DNA of 63,836 nt, filler included, from Octopus bimaculoides (Eukaryota), in assembly GCF_001194135.2 (NCBI RefSeq). It is 8 parts of 7 records of this genome, joined end to end, with 100 filler letters (N's around TTAATTAATTAA, not from the genome) between each part and the next. Parts side by side here need not be neighbours in the genome. Positions count along the whole stretch, not along the records: positions 26,080 to 49,809 come from NC_068987.1; positions 49,910 to 59,275 come from NC_068996.1; 6 more parts are not named here. One strand, 5' to 3'. The notes under the pieces were generated by a model, which saw only the letters and a list, made by a program, of their open reading frames with translations, was not told where the DNA came from and searched no databases. Shown piece by piece: positions 38,246 through 52,408 of the stretch (position 1 is its first letter; the number at the start of each line of letters is the position of its first letter). The position numbers and the translations under genes are program-made.

Positions 38246-41200
38246 GAAGCAATTATGACGATGACAATAATTATGTTATGATCATGGTGATGATTGTGAT
38301 AAGGTGGTGGTGGTGGTGTTCTGATAGCACCCATGATCATTAGTTTGATTGTAGTGTTGGTAATAATTAGTGATTTGCGATTATGAATGTGGAAGAAAAA
38401 ACGATGAAAAACAACTGACCACTCAGTGAGTCACATGATAAAAGTTCATCGCAGAAAGTGGTCAGCATGTGACTGATTGCACACACACACACACACACAC
38501 ACGAACGCACGCACGCACACGAATTATATAAAAAAAAATCACACGCGCTCTTTTTAATCATACCAAAGAATTCCAAAGAGAGAAAGAAAGCAGAGAGCGT
38601 GTGCGTCTGTTTTCCTTTAAATAGCGTAACACGAAAGAGAAAATGAAAGAGACAGGAAGATAAATAAATAGACAAATACGATAACTGATAAATAGTAGTA
38701 GTATCTAGGATTACATACATGAAGTTGCTCTCTTTTTGTAACAGTAGTGTGATTTAAGTGATATTTGGTCGCTATTTCTAGTATATCGTCCGTATACAAA
38801 TTCCTTCGTTAGAGGAAGCGAATAGATAAATAGATATGAAATTATGAAACGTTCGGTGTGATACACTATACATTTTAGATCTATTTCAAAATTTGTTCAT
38901 TAATCTTTATACACACACTCTTAATTAATTAGTTTTATGACAATATATGTTTGATCACATGCGGTTGTGCATGTATTGATGTCCAGTTCAGAGGTCCACA
39001 TGGGTGAAAATGTCTATAGTAATTAACAGTAGCCTTGTATAACTGATGCCTGTTTAGTAAACTATGCTCGTCACTTAATTTAACTAGACGAAGGGACAGG
39101 TTGGTGCGGGATCGCAACTAGGCCAGTGAGGTGTTTGTTTTCCGTGGGTCAACCTTCTATGCATATATTGGAACCCTGGGTAAAAAAAACAAAACAAAAA
39201 GAAATAGAAAGGGCCATAACAAAAAGGTACTGGTCTGGAAGAATAGATTGAGCTCGGCATGCAATAAATGTGTGCTTCTAAAGTTTCTGAGATAACCTCT
39301 TACATAGTCACTCGACTTACAAGAAACAACAGTCACATCTCTAGAGAACACGTTTGTTGATATTTCAGAAAGGAGTGAGGGCAGCGAGTAATATTTGTTG
39401 CATTTTTGACTTTGATATTAAAAAAAAAAAGTTTTTAAAAATGTTCACTTCCTTACAAAAACTATATCAGCTAAGCAAATGACCTTCTCTAAATGCATTA
39501 AAAGCACTATATTCAGAGCTCTATTTCAGAAAATTATCTCTGTTCTCTTTGAGTATGCAAAAGACAAATTTAGGCAGGCAAAATGAATAAGACAAAGTAC
39601 TGTAAAGTTGTCTCTTCAATTTTCAAGAATTACATTTGAAAAAAAGAATCAATATCCATCCTTAGACATCAGAAATGCAACAAAAATTTAAAATATCATG
39701 AAAGAGGATTATGGAAAAATGGCATGACATGAAGTTAACAAAACTCAACTAAATCTGAAAACTCAGTATAGAATATAGCTTCTTTGCAATCTACTGGAGT
39801 GGCTCACTTCCTGATATATTTATACACCATGCAGTTAAAAGAGAAGAAATTATTGAAATTAGTCATTACTCATTTTACCTCCACTTTAGACATCAGTTTT
39901 TGAAAATTGAAAATGATCAAATTGGTCATGGGGAAAAATTGACTTGGAATCCAACAAAGAAAAGAATTTTGATAAACACCAAAATTTATACAGATATTTT
40001 ATTAGCAACTTCAATTAGAATCAAGTCAGAGTTGAGGAAAAGTTTCTTGGAAAAAATGTACCTGTCGTCTGACTATTTCAACTTCAACAACAACAACTAT
40101 GCTGACCAATTTTTACTCCCAAAGATGATGTAACAGTGCAAAATGATGATGCAATAATTGCAATGTAATGGCTTCAAACAAATAGGGAGAAAAGAAATTT
40201 GAAATTATTCATTTTGCCCCCCACCATGGTCGTAGCTGAAACATTCATTGATTTGATCTGCAGGTTAAAAGAACAACATCCAGAAAAAAAAAGCCCCTGT
40301 TTATTGTTATTATTTGATAGGAGAATTGATGGGAGTAATGCACAAGCTTCTTTAGACTTGTCTCTGACTAGTAGTATCTTCTCTCTCATCCCGAGATCTT
40401 TCGACTGATTCTTTCAAATACATTGTAAACAGAACCTGTGCTAACAAACAAAGGAGCTTCTATGTCATGAGCAAACTGTGGCCCACGGGACTTTCTGAAT
40501 GAATGACATGCCTAACAAACATTACCTTGAATTTTTCTTTTTTTTTTTTAGTAGCACGGCCTGCCTGTTTCGCTTCTTGAAAAAAAATTGCTCGTGCCTG
40601 TTCTACATAGTGGATTGATATGCTACAAATAGCAGTTTCCCTTAACACTTTTGGTACCAACTCATTTGAAACTATTTCTTCCTTTTGTAACTTACTTGAT
40701 CTGGAAAAAAAGTTATGGTCTTTGGAAGCCTTCAAGATAAGTGACATTGAGGCCTTTACTGTTCTTGATGATCCACTGCAACTTAACATTTGAGGTAAAA
40801 AGACGACCAAGGAAAGCTTTCCAGGGATCAACGTTATGGAAAGGAAAGACTAAGCGTAGTCATTAATGCGATGCTTGGGTTGTTGGATACAGTAAGGATT
40901 ATGAGATAAAGAGAGATGAGTGATTGGAGAATGCCTGAGTAGAGCTGAGATGATCCCAGTCAGCTCCGAGGAGTAAGGGATAATTATAGTATCAGTAAAA
41001 AAAAAAAAAAAAGGCAGAGAGAAGAGACAGCACACTTCTGGGGCCAGAGACCAGAGTATGTCTCCATCAGGGCTGACCGTGAGTTAAACAATATTTTGTA
41101 TTTCACTTATACGACATGTATGGTCTTAATTCCCCACTTCCACAATGCATTAACCTAATGTAATCTTACTCTCAAATTCACTTTCACATTCACGTGCCCC

Positions 41201-41727
41201 ATCCCTCACACATTTAAATTGTATTGAGTGATCCTTCAGTTAGGTTTAATTTGTGTCCGTCCGTTCGTCCATCCATCCATCCATGTATATAGGTATGTGT
41301 GTGTGTGTCTATCTATCTATCTATCTATGAGAGAGTGAAACTGCTCAGCTTACAACTGCGGGTCAGTCCTGCTCTGTCGATTTTATGATGAAACAACATT
41401 CCAGTCATGACCATCCCGTCTTTTTCCCTTCTTATGAGTAAGAGAGCACAAGGCATATCCGACATGCTCCTTTTCTTAAGACGGTGGACACTGATTTGAG
41501 GGAGATTTTTGCACTATTTCTAGCGGGTAGAACGAACGCGCAGAGACACTCTTCATATACACACCAAGAGAACAAAGTGGTTTGTATATGGTGAATAAAA
41601 CAGGCTAGACCCAGCAGTCAAGCACCTGACAATCTGAGAAGAGAGCGCGTGACTTACATAGCAACTTCCCTGGCTTCTATCGATTTTTCCAAGCCGCATC
41701 TCGTGTTTTCCGCTTACTGATGCTCTT

Positions 41728-41780
<53 letters not shown>

Positions 41781-42344
41781 AGACTGTCTGCATGCTCCCT
41801 ATGAAATTGTTTTTCCCTTTTCGATCCTTCTTTTTTTTACTAGTCACTGCAAGTCCATTTTTTGGCTCTGCAAAATGCTATAATAAAATTATTGGTTCTT
41901 CACAACCACGTCAATATNNNNNNNNNNNNNNNNNNNNNNNNNNNNNNNNNNNNNNNNNNNNNNNNNNNNNNNNNNNNNNNNNNNNNNNNNNNNNNNNNNN
42001 NNNNNNNNNNNNNNNNNNNNNNNNNNNNNNNNNNNNNNNNNNNNNNNNNNNNNNNNNNNNNNNNNNNNNNNNNNNNNNNNNNNNNNNNNNNNNNNNNNNN
42101 NNNNNNNNNNNNNNNNNNNNNNNNNNNNNNNNNNNNNNNNNNNNNNNNNNNNNNNNNNNNNNNNNNNNNNNNNNNNNNNNNNNNNNNNNNNNNNNNNNNN
42201 NNNNNNNNNNNNNNNNNNNNNNNNNNNNNNNNNNNNNNNNNNNNNNNNNNNNNNNNNNNNNNNNNNNNNNNNNNNNNNNNNNNNNNNNNNNNNAAAAAGA
42301 AAAAAAAAGTAATAATAATAATAATAATAATAATGGTGATTATG

Positions 42345-42540
42345 ATTTCAAATTTTGGCACAAGGCCCGCAATTTCGGCGGAGAGGGTAAATCGATTACA
42401 TCGACGCCAGTGCTCAACTGGTACTTATTTCGTCGACCTTGATAGGATGAAAAGCAAAGCTTCACTTCGGTGGAGTTTGAACTCAGACGCAAAAAACCGG
42501 ACAAAATGCCACTAAGCATTTTGTCCGGCGCGGTAATGAT
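42345..42540 (-). mobile_element. SINE family A
   Basis: Reverse-complement match to the family A body. Confidence 0.75.
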
Positions 42541-42722
42541 CCTGTCTAGGATTGCAATGCGTTTGTAGCTTAAACGGTGTATTATAGCAAGCTTCGGCGA
42601 CTCCTGGATGTTCTATTTTGTTTTATATGGTTCTTAAAATTGTGATATGACCATCCTCCTCTGACTTATGTACACGAACTAAAAAAACTGTATGTGATTA
42701 CTAGCTTGCTAGATATAACTGC

Positions 42723-43005
42723 CAGGGATTTTCAAACTTTTTAACTTGCGGACCCCTTTATATTTCAGGCTTTACCTTATAAACGCTTATGAAATTTATA
42801 CATAAATATTTGCTTAAAATAACATATTTTTACATTTATTTATTTAACAGTATTTAACAAATAGGTTTATTGTCAATTAAAAGATTTCGATTAAAAAACA
42901 TATATAAAATCAAATTGCCCATAAAAAGTATTTGCTGTCCACGGACCGCCTGTCTTGTCATTGGGGACCCCCTGTGGTCCGGGGACCACAGTTTCAAAAC
43001 CCCTG
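42723..43005. mobile_element. hAT (Charlie-like) MITE
   Basis: TIRs CAGGGATTTTCAAACT / AGTTTCAAAACCCCTG; subterminal GGACC motifs; 8-bp TSD not recognisable. Confidence 0.7.
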
Positions 43006-43779
43006 CCTTAGGTTATTAAAAATCATTTGAGTTTGCATTCATTTAGTAAATCGCTGGGTTAACTGTGGCGTGGTTGCTCAATTCACTAGACATAGCAACC
43101 AAATTTCCTTCTAATCCCATTCGATTACCTTAAGAACATATTGAATAATGTCTTAGATACACTGCCTGAAAAAAAAATGACTTGGTCACAGTTGGCACTT
43201 TTATTATAGGTATTCTCGATCAGAACTGACCCGACACTGAACAACAGCAACAAATCATATAAACATTTAATTCATAATCGTTAGTTAGATCGACAAAATA
43301 TATCTTGTCGAACGAGCGATTATGGATTAAATGTTTATTCTCACCGCTTGAAATAACCGGGCGTGTGCGCACACACGTACATACACACATTGGCGAAAAC
43401 TTATCTCGGTGTGTAGGAGAAAGAGAGAGAAATAGTTACAGCGAGTCACTGAGTTGCTAAAAGTTCGTGTCAAAAGTATCATTGAACAAAACATTCAGCC
43501 CACTCATATGTAAGCAGTATCACTTAGCCAAGACACCCCAATATTCGCTGTCATAAGTACACCTGTCTGTGAATGTGTGTATATCTATCTGTCTGATGGA
43601 CTGACCTATCGAAGACGACGAATGAGTGAGTGTTCAGTGAGAAGACAAAAAAAAAAAAAAAATCCAACCAAATAGACTATCATCAACAGATTACTATTAC
43701 CACTATTCACCGATGTTTACAATTCATTCACTTCACCTGGTGACTCCTCATGAAAATCTTCAGGCCACAAAAACAATAT

Positions 43780-44100
43780 GGATATGAGCATGACTTATTA
43801 AACCAGCACGTGATTTTGCCTAGAAATCACAATGTGGACAATGATGGTTTGTGGGAAGACTTGTTCTGTTGGTTTACCTTCTGTATTTCCCCGTAACTGC
43901 GCTTGATGGAATACCTTTTGAATTTCGAAATTTTAAAGCTGGAAAAAGCACTCTCTTCCAGTCAGCACCGTTTCTCGCAAGATTTTTTTTCCTAATGTTC
44001 AAGCGTTTCAAATTATCTTTGATTTGCCCCTATACCGTAGTGGCCAGCCTACATTGCATCGTCAATATTCAAGTCTTTTTCGGATTTATGCTTTACCGAC
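43780..44100 (-). mobile_element. RTE-clade LINE 3' end with C2H2-like motif
   Basis: DNLKRLNI...GADWKR...CPHCDF*AKSRAGLISHAHIH. Confidence 0.65.
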
Positions 44101-45759
44101 GATATATATATATATATATATATATATTGTAAAGTTGTCGAATATGTTCGTAAACGACCTCTGCTACAGGACGGAGGGGACCATATAAAAACGACCGAAT
44201 GTCTCCAAAAATTCTAAAGTACTATGCTTTATTGTTGGGCATTCTTTCGTTTGAATCAGCATAGTTGTCAAACTCGATCATATGAGCAATGTTTGTGTAT
44301 AAAATATACTTTAAAACGGTAGTTACGCCAATTCAATGAGTCTTGATTATCCCAGGCTCCTTGGTAATCACAGACATTAAGTATTATTTACACCATCCGA
44401 ATGTCTATAAAAGTTCTAAGGCGTGTAATTTTATGTCTGTACAATATACCATAAAATGTTAATTAAATCAGTTTAATTAATCTTAGCATTTATAGGATGG
44501 CCTGTCTATTTGATCCCTTCCACCGTCAACTTTCACACGCAAAACTAAGGTGTAGTGTGTCAGAATGGGTAAGAAGTTCACTTCGCAACTAAGAGGCTCC
44601 GGCTTCGATCCCCACTACTAAGAATCGGTTCTGAACCATAGCATACATTGTGAGTAAAATTCTGTAGGAATAAACTATATCAGGTGAATGGCACCTGCGT
44701 CACATGCTTGAAAATGCTCAGCTACGTATACGTTAATTCAGGAGCAGGTAATTCAGTTGATCGAACAACTGAATCTTCATCGTTGAACGACGGAGACCCA
44801 CCACCACTGTATATTGCAGTGGCTGTCTGCTATGTAATGCAATAGGTAGGTGCTGAGACACCATGCAGTGTTGATGCTAGACACATAAGCAACATTAATG
44901 TCGGCCGTGTAATTGAAGAAATAGTTTTATAGGCAGATCAGGCAGCCTTGTCAGCACGTAATGCAACAAGTAGGTGCAGGCAGGCCAAGCTGTATTGATT
45001 GTCGGTCGTATAATACCAGCAGTAGGAGGCAGATCAAGCAACATTCATGTCAGTCTTGTAATGCAGCAGCAGGTAGGTGCAGACATTTCTTTTTGCAACT
45101 GCCAACCGCTTATAATGGCAACAGCATACATAGTTTTATAAAGATCTGAAACTATGTGATCTACCTCTTACGTTTATGTTTTTTGTCGCATTTTATGAAC
45201 AATAGCGTCGTTTATTAGAGATATCCAACGGGCCAGATTCTATCGGAACAAATATCATAAAGGAATTTTTTTGAATTCACCGGTTTATCGGTTTGTTCGC
45301 TGATGGGCATGTTTTTCGTCGGAAGATACTTATAGACATCTCTCTCTTGCCTTCTGTCTCTCTTTACACATACATTAGATACCTCCGCTCAATTTCTGTT
45401 TACTAAATTCTACTCATTAGAATTGGTCAATCCAAAGCTTATATACCAAAGGTGCCACGCACTGATGATAGAGCATGGCATTACGTTGTTGCGAAGCGAC
45501 CTTCTTAACCATATAGCTATGATTGCACTCTTAATCTTCGTGATGACACTTTTATTTTTCATCTTTCGTTGTTATTCGTGCAATTCTGTTGCAAATTTCA
45601 TCTCTCTTTTCTATATCTTTCCATCAAATTGTGTTTGTGTTTACACCTGAAATGAGGGTGACAAATGGTAGAAATGACTAAATAATGCTTCCAAAGATTA
45701 GGGCAAATCTCAGCAGAAAAAAAGTACGCTTTTTTATTGTTTTACCAGTGCTAATGGGT

Positions 45760-47560
45760 TAGTGTGGCTAAGTCCTCTTTTTGTATTTGGCAAAAGAGAG
45801 AAAGAGAGGGTGAGTTTGAAGCTGTGCCCTCGCGTGTTTCTTTTCTTGACGTAGACCCATTTAGGGGACCACAAGTAGCCCATTTCATATAGATCTCTTA
45901 TGTTTTCCAGCAGGATTTTGAAAGACTGTGGGCCTTTGGATCCTAAATTGCAGTATTTGACGCTAACACTAGGTGGAGAAGACAGAAGATTTGGCACTAA
46001 ATAGTGGTGCCTAAATCACGGGTTAGTTAAACTCAACGCCAAATTTTGGTGTTAATCCTTCAACATCTTCCACACATTTATGCTGTGTGCGTGCATCACT
46101 AAACATCTTTGTGTTCTTCGTAGAGAACCTTGGAGCTTTCAGCCTCTCTCAGCAACTCTTCTGATACATAAGGACTATCCTAGGCGTTGGATTTCTTCAA
46201 ATTTTCCAGTCAGTTTACCATTCTGTGTCAACCATAGTTGGGAACAATAATCCTGGAGACTGAGAACATATGTCTTCCACAGAACCAACATGACTACTTG
46301 TTCTCTTGTTCTAAATGATTTCAGAATCCTTTTCTGTCATTTGTCTGCACATTGTCATCTTGTTATAGTGCATTTTTGTTAATTTTGGTCGTCAAAGTTA
46401 TCACTGATTGTGACTCCAGGATAGTAACTAGATCCTACGTATCCTGGTTGCAATGTGTTAAGAGGGTTGATACTTAAGTGCTTGAAACTTGCCAGCTTTA
46501 ATCGCAAATTGTTTCTTCAGTTCATTTTAAGTCTTTGTGAAAGATTTTGACATCATTGGCGCTTTTGATTATCTTTCCTTGTATAAATAATGGCATGTTT
46601 GAGAGAGCTCATTACAAACAGCAATGACCCTGAAGAGCATTTCCGTATGTTCTACTCTCAGAATTATTGTATCCTTTGAAAGACCACCATTGGCTGCAAC
46701 AGCTCGATTTCCGTTTGTTGTACAGTCATGCAGCTACTCTCCTAATTGTCCAGCTATGCCGAGGTGAAGTAGTTTATGACACTATTCCATGATCAACTTT
46801 GTCGAAGACCTTTGCAAAGTTGGATATACCTCACACATTTGAATAGTTGAACAGCTATCTCAAAACCCGATCGCAAATCTGTAGAAGCTATCTGAAACAG
46901 CTTGTATTCAGATGGAATCTGTATTGAGTATCACTTATCAAGTCATTTTCCTTTAAGAATGCGATCAGTTTCATTCAGATATTTAATTCCATGACTTCCT
47001 TGGTATTTGAAGTCAGAGAGAAAAGCCTGTAATTTTTAACATCTACTTCCCTTCCTTCCTCATGGATAGAACATTTCAATTTTTTAGAGAGCTTATCACT
47101 TAGAAGGAAACTTTTGATAAATGACTGAAGTGGTTTTGTTTTCATAGGAATTGCCGAAAACCTGTCGGGACCTGTCGCTAATTTTAGGCTCAATTTATCT
47201 ATAGCTGATATTGCATCCATCCTTTTGGTCTCAATACAATCGATGGTTACCATTTTTTTATGTTGAAGAACTCTGGTTTACTTATTTGCGCCCCAATGGG
47301 GCTAGTGGAAGAACTCTAGGATTGTTCTTGCAGAATTTCATTACAGCCCCACTTTGTGATGGACCATCGCTGTTTTGTGAATTTATAGAAAGTCGTTATA
47401 AAGGTCTCTTTAGCCTCCCCACTCCCTAGTCTTTCGTAATTTCCAGAAAAATTAAACATAGGGGTCACCAGTTTATGTAAATATATAAAACAAGACGCAT
47501 ACTTGATGGGGTAATGAACAATTGTACAAAAATTAAATTCTGTTTGCTTAATATAAAGCA
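45760..47560 (-). mobile_element. Heavily decayed CR1/L2-type LINE RT remnant
   Basis: ATGPDRF, KNYRLFSLTS..KEVME, FAKVFDKVDHG, SKGPQSFKIL; many stops. Confidence 0.72.
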
Positions 47561-49998
47561 AGGGGTGGAAAGTTTATTAAAGTTATTTGGGGAAAGGAGT
47601 TTACAAGAAGACCCGCTTAGCAGTTTGTCAGACTCGCTCACGATTCTGTCAGCTCTAAAGTTGCTAAATGGATAACAACAATGATTTACTTACGAAAGGA
47701 CTTAACATTGGCTATACGGTCGAATTTATTCTAAAAATAAAGTGGGGAGGGCTGTGATCTCGAGGTGTGTTCACACTAATTGAGCACACGCGCCTCGTCA
47801 ATGTGTCCATATATACATGCATAGACAGACAGACAGACACACATACACAGTACTTATATAAGCTGTCATTCTTGGTTATTATTACTGTTTGTTTACAGCA
47901 GTTCTAACACGCGTCACCAAATAAATCATTATGTAAGCATGTATACTAAACTCTTAATTCCTTTACTGGTGTCAGTATCTATTGCAATGCTACTATGCTG
48001 GTTCATCACAGACATGTGTTTGTGTGTGTGTGAGAGAGAGAGAGCATATATTGATCTGTACTTGTATGACTGTATGTACAAATAAATATACGTGTATACA
48101 CACGCTCGCACACATATCGCACTAAAAGGTCATTGAACGGATAGACAGATTCACTGACCAGCATGCCACAATCTCGGGTGGACAGACATACTATTTTATA
48201 ATCTACCCTCACTTCATACTTTTTTTACAATTATCTTTGAATAGCATCCTTTCGTCCCTAATCCTTGAATCCCCTATCTCACTCATTTTTGTAATGTTCA
48301 CAGTGCCTCATCGGTTCACTATCCCTAAATTAAAATTCTTCGCAGAGCTACTACTCTCTTGAAATCCTATCTACCTAGATTTCATTATCTACGAGCGTCG
48401 ATCTGTAAAAGATCAGCCGGCCTCAGCAGTATGGAAGAGCTTCTGAGTGGCGTGCGCGCGCACACACACACACGCACACACTCACTCACACACATATATA
48501 CACACGTATGTACATATATATGTGCGCTTATATGTATATGCGTATATGTCTATTTTGTATATATATATATATATATATATATACGCGCGCGTGTATACAC
48601 ACACACACACACACATGAAGCGACAGAAAAGTACACTGAAATTGCAATGAGGGGTGCAGTATTCAACGTTTCGGACAGTCTTTCTTCGGGGTTATTTTGA
48701 CTAGTGGGAATATAAAGGAAGACACCAGTCAGTTTCTCGCTGTCTTTTTCTTTCTTCCTGTTGTTTTTACCTTGTCCGAAATGTTGGATGTTACACTCAC
48801 CCCGATATTTTATAATTTCAGCACGCTCTTTCCATCGTTTTTCCAAATAATACAAAAGAATTGCCGACACAAACCACCACCACCCGTCTCCTTGGATTCT
48901 GTTTATATATATATATTATATATATAGAGAGAGAGAGAGAAGAGAGAGAGAGATCTGTGTGTGTATCTATATAATTCAGTACATAATATCTTATTCATAG
49001 ACTGAAACATCAGTAATCCAAATGCTTTAAAGTTTCATACCAGAGAAATGTTTTATGAAACTCTTAAGTCCTCAAATCACTTGTAGCACTGCACGCACAC
49101 ACTATGTTTTCCTTCTATTTTGGTCTGTGTGAAGAAACACGTCAGCCTAAAAATACATTTTTTATGTTTCATCCTATGTTGACAAACGCAAGTATTTTTT
49201 TTTTTACGCTTTCACTTTGTACACCCATACACAGAGAAAAAGTGCAGACAGACTTCCACACAGTTCACCTCTGTCAAACAATAAGATTGAACCCGGCACC
49301 TTACGATTGCGAAATGAAGTTAGCACTTTGCTATATTGCGTCCAGACATCTGAACATACCGACAGACTTCTCACGTTTGTTTCTTTTTACTCCTCACTAC
49401 CATAATTAATTGTTCTTTTTGTTATGCTTTTTTCGATGTTTTCTTTTTCTTCTGCTCACCCCTCTATCCCAAATTATCTTACTATCCAACTGCAACCTCA
49501 CCTATCGGCTCAGTAATGAATGACTGACTTCACACCGGTTTAAATACAGTTACTGTCAATGTCTTACTGTATACTCCACGACAACTGTTACCGTAATGGT
49601 CTTTCAAGTTTTTCTTTTCTTTTTTTTTTCATTTCAGTTAAATCTGCTTGTTTCCTCCTCTTCACCTTTCCATTTTTTACTGTTGAATCGGTCATCATCA
49701 TCAGCCGCTATTATATCGTTGTATCTATGTGAGGTAACTAACCCTCTGTGTTATATATATATATATATATATATATAATGGTGTTTCGGATGAAGATGGT
49801 GTTCTTATTNNNNNNNNNNNNNNNNNNNNNNNNNNNNNNNNNNNNNNNNNNNNTTAATTAATTAANNNNNNNNNNNNNNNNNNNNNNNNNNNNNNNNNNN
49901 NNNNNNNNNATATATATATACATTTGCTCGACTACAAGCAGTGCTCCAGCATGGCCGCAGTCAAATGACTGAAACAAGTAAAAGAGTAAAAGAGAGTG

Positions 49999-50039
<41 letters not shown>

Positions 50040-50242
50040 GTGTATGTGTGTGCGTGCATGTGTATTTCTGCGTGTACATACATACATACACACACACATA
50101 TATATATATATAACATGAAACCAATGATAGCCCCAAGAGAACAAAGGAAAATTTATCCACCAATGTGATTTTGAGCACGCACTTTCATTGTTCGACATTA
50201 ATATACATACACACATACATAGACGCACACACACACACACGC

Positions 50243-50361
50243 ATATATGGCCATGTCACGTTGAAAGCATCGGTTCTCGTCCGATCACCGTAGTTAAGCA
50301 ACATCGAGCCTAGTGAGTAGTTAGATGGGTGACCGCTTGGGAAAACCTAGGTGCTGTAAAC
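50243..50361 (+). pseudogene. 5S rRNA: Full-length 5S rRNA-derived sequence (pseudogene or SINE3 head)
   Basis: GGCCATGTCACGTTGAAAGCATCGGTTCTCGTCCGATCACCG...AGTTAAGCAACATCG...GATGGGTGACCGCTTGGG...GGTGCTGTAAAC follows the animal 5S consensus over 119 nt; 5' end is eroded and there is no oligo-T terminator. Confidence 0.9.
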
Positions 50362-51529
50362 GAAAAAAGAAAAGGCGGTGCTGCAGCATGGCCGCAGTCA
50401 AATGACTGAAACAAGTAAAGGAATAACGGAATATATATATATATATATATATATANNNNNNNNNNNNNNNNNNNNNNNNNNNNNNNNNNNNNNNNNNNNN
50501 NNNNNNNNNNNNNNNNNNNNNNNNNNNNNNNNNNNNNNNNNNNNNNNNNNNNNNNNNNNNNNNNNNNNNNNNNNNNNNNNNNNNNNNNNNNNNNNNNNNN
50601 NNNNNNNNNNNNNNNNNNNNNNNNNNNNNNNNNNNNNNNNNNNNNNNNNNNNNNNNNNNNNNNNNNNNNNNNNNNNNNNNNNNNNNNNNNNNNNNNNNNN
50701 NNNNNNNNNNNNNNNNNNNNNNNNNNNNNNNNNNNNNNNNNNNNNNNNNNNNNNNNNNNNNNNNNNNNNNNNNNNNNNNNNNNNNNNNNNNNNNNNNNNN
50801 NNNNNNNNNNNNNNNNNNNNNNNNNNNNNNNNNNNNNNNNNNNNNNNNNNNNNNNNNNNNNNNNNNNNNNNNNNNNNNNNNNNNNNNNNNNNNNATATAT
50901 ATGAATGTATGTACAGATATACTGTTATGTGTGTGATTGACTTCCACACAGTTTCCGTCTACTAAATTCAATTACAAAGCATTGGTTAGTCTGGTGTCCA
51001 AGCAAAGGCACTTGTTCAGGTAGCTGAGTAATTTTACAGAACCCGGAATCGTAATAGGTGCAAAACAAACTTAAACACACAGGAATGCCAGCGCCTCTAC
51101 AGAAGGAAATATTTTTGGAAACAAAGTGTCTTCATGCTTGAAGAATTTATTGAATATCAGGTGTGGAAGATAGCGATAGATTTGCGTTTGTTTTTCGAGA
51201 AACGTGGTCGTGGCTGAGTGATAAGAAGCTTGCTACCTAACTGCAAGCTTCTGGGTTCAGTCTCACTGCATGGCACTTTGGAACTTTGGACAAGTGTCTT
51301 CTAATATATAGCCTCGGACCGATCAATGCCTTGTGAGTGGCTTTAATAGACGGAAGCAGAATGAAGCCCATCGTGTGTGCCTTTGTATTTGTCCTCCACC
51401 ACCTCTCGACAACCGGTATTAGTTTGTTTACGTCACCGTGAAGTAACGGTTCGGCATTAAGACCAGGCTTTGGAAAAAAGAAAAAAATGAAGCACATAGT
51501 TAGTCAGTGCTACAGTATTTCGGAATCTA

Positions 51530-51748
51530 TTTGAAGGCGGTGAGCTGGCAGAAACGTTAGCACGCCGGGCGAAATGCTTAGCGGTATTTCGTCTGCCGCT
51601 ACGTTCTGAGTTCAAATTCCGCCGAGGTCAACTTTGCCTTTCATTCTTTCGGGATCGATAAGTTAAATACCAGTTGCGTTCTGGGGTTGATCTAATCGAC
51701 TGCCCCCTCCCCCAAAATGTTGGGCCTTGTGCCTAGAGTAGAAAAGAA
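51530..51748 (+). mobile_element. Full-length SINE family A with 14-bp TSD
   Basis: TATTTCGGAATCTA at 51516-51529 and 51749-51762. Confidence 0.93.
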
Positions 51749-51889
51749 TATTTCGGAATCTACTTGGACGTTTCGCTTGTGCTCACCTTTGTGATGCAGT
51801 GAGGGTTCGTGGCACACGTGGCGCAAAGGTGTGGATGTCTGCGACATGGTTGGGTGAACGGGGTGGTCATGAAGACTTCGACCAGTAGA

Positions 51890-52376
51890 TCTTCATGGTA
51901 TTCGAAGACCAGAATAGATTCACGACGACGACGATGGTAGTGGTAATGATTATGGTTATAGTGATGGTGATGGTGATGGTCATTATGCTGAACTTTTATG
52001 GCGATTATGGTGATAATGACGATGATGACGTTGATGATTATTCTGATGGTAGTGGTGAAAGTGATGACGATTATGACTCTTTTGCTGTTCATGCTGTTAA
52101 TGATGATGTTGATGATAATAGTGGTGATAGTGGTGATGGTGGTGTTGAGGAGAAGGAGGAGGAGGCAGAGATGGTGGTAGTAAGCGTCATGATTATGATG
52201 GTGGTGACAGGGCTGATGATAACGATGATAACTATGACGATGACGATGATGATGATGATGATGAGGAGGAGGAGGATAACGATAATGACGACGACGACGA
52301 CGATGATGATGATGATGATAAGGAGGAGGTGGAGCAGGAGGAGGAGGATAGCGATGACGATAATGACGACGACGAC

Positions 52377-52408
<32 letters not shown>

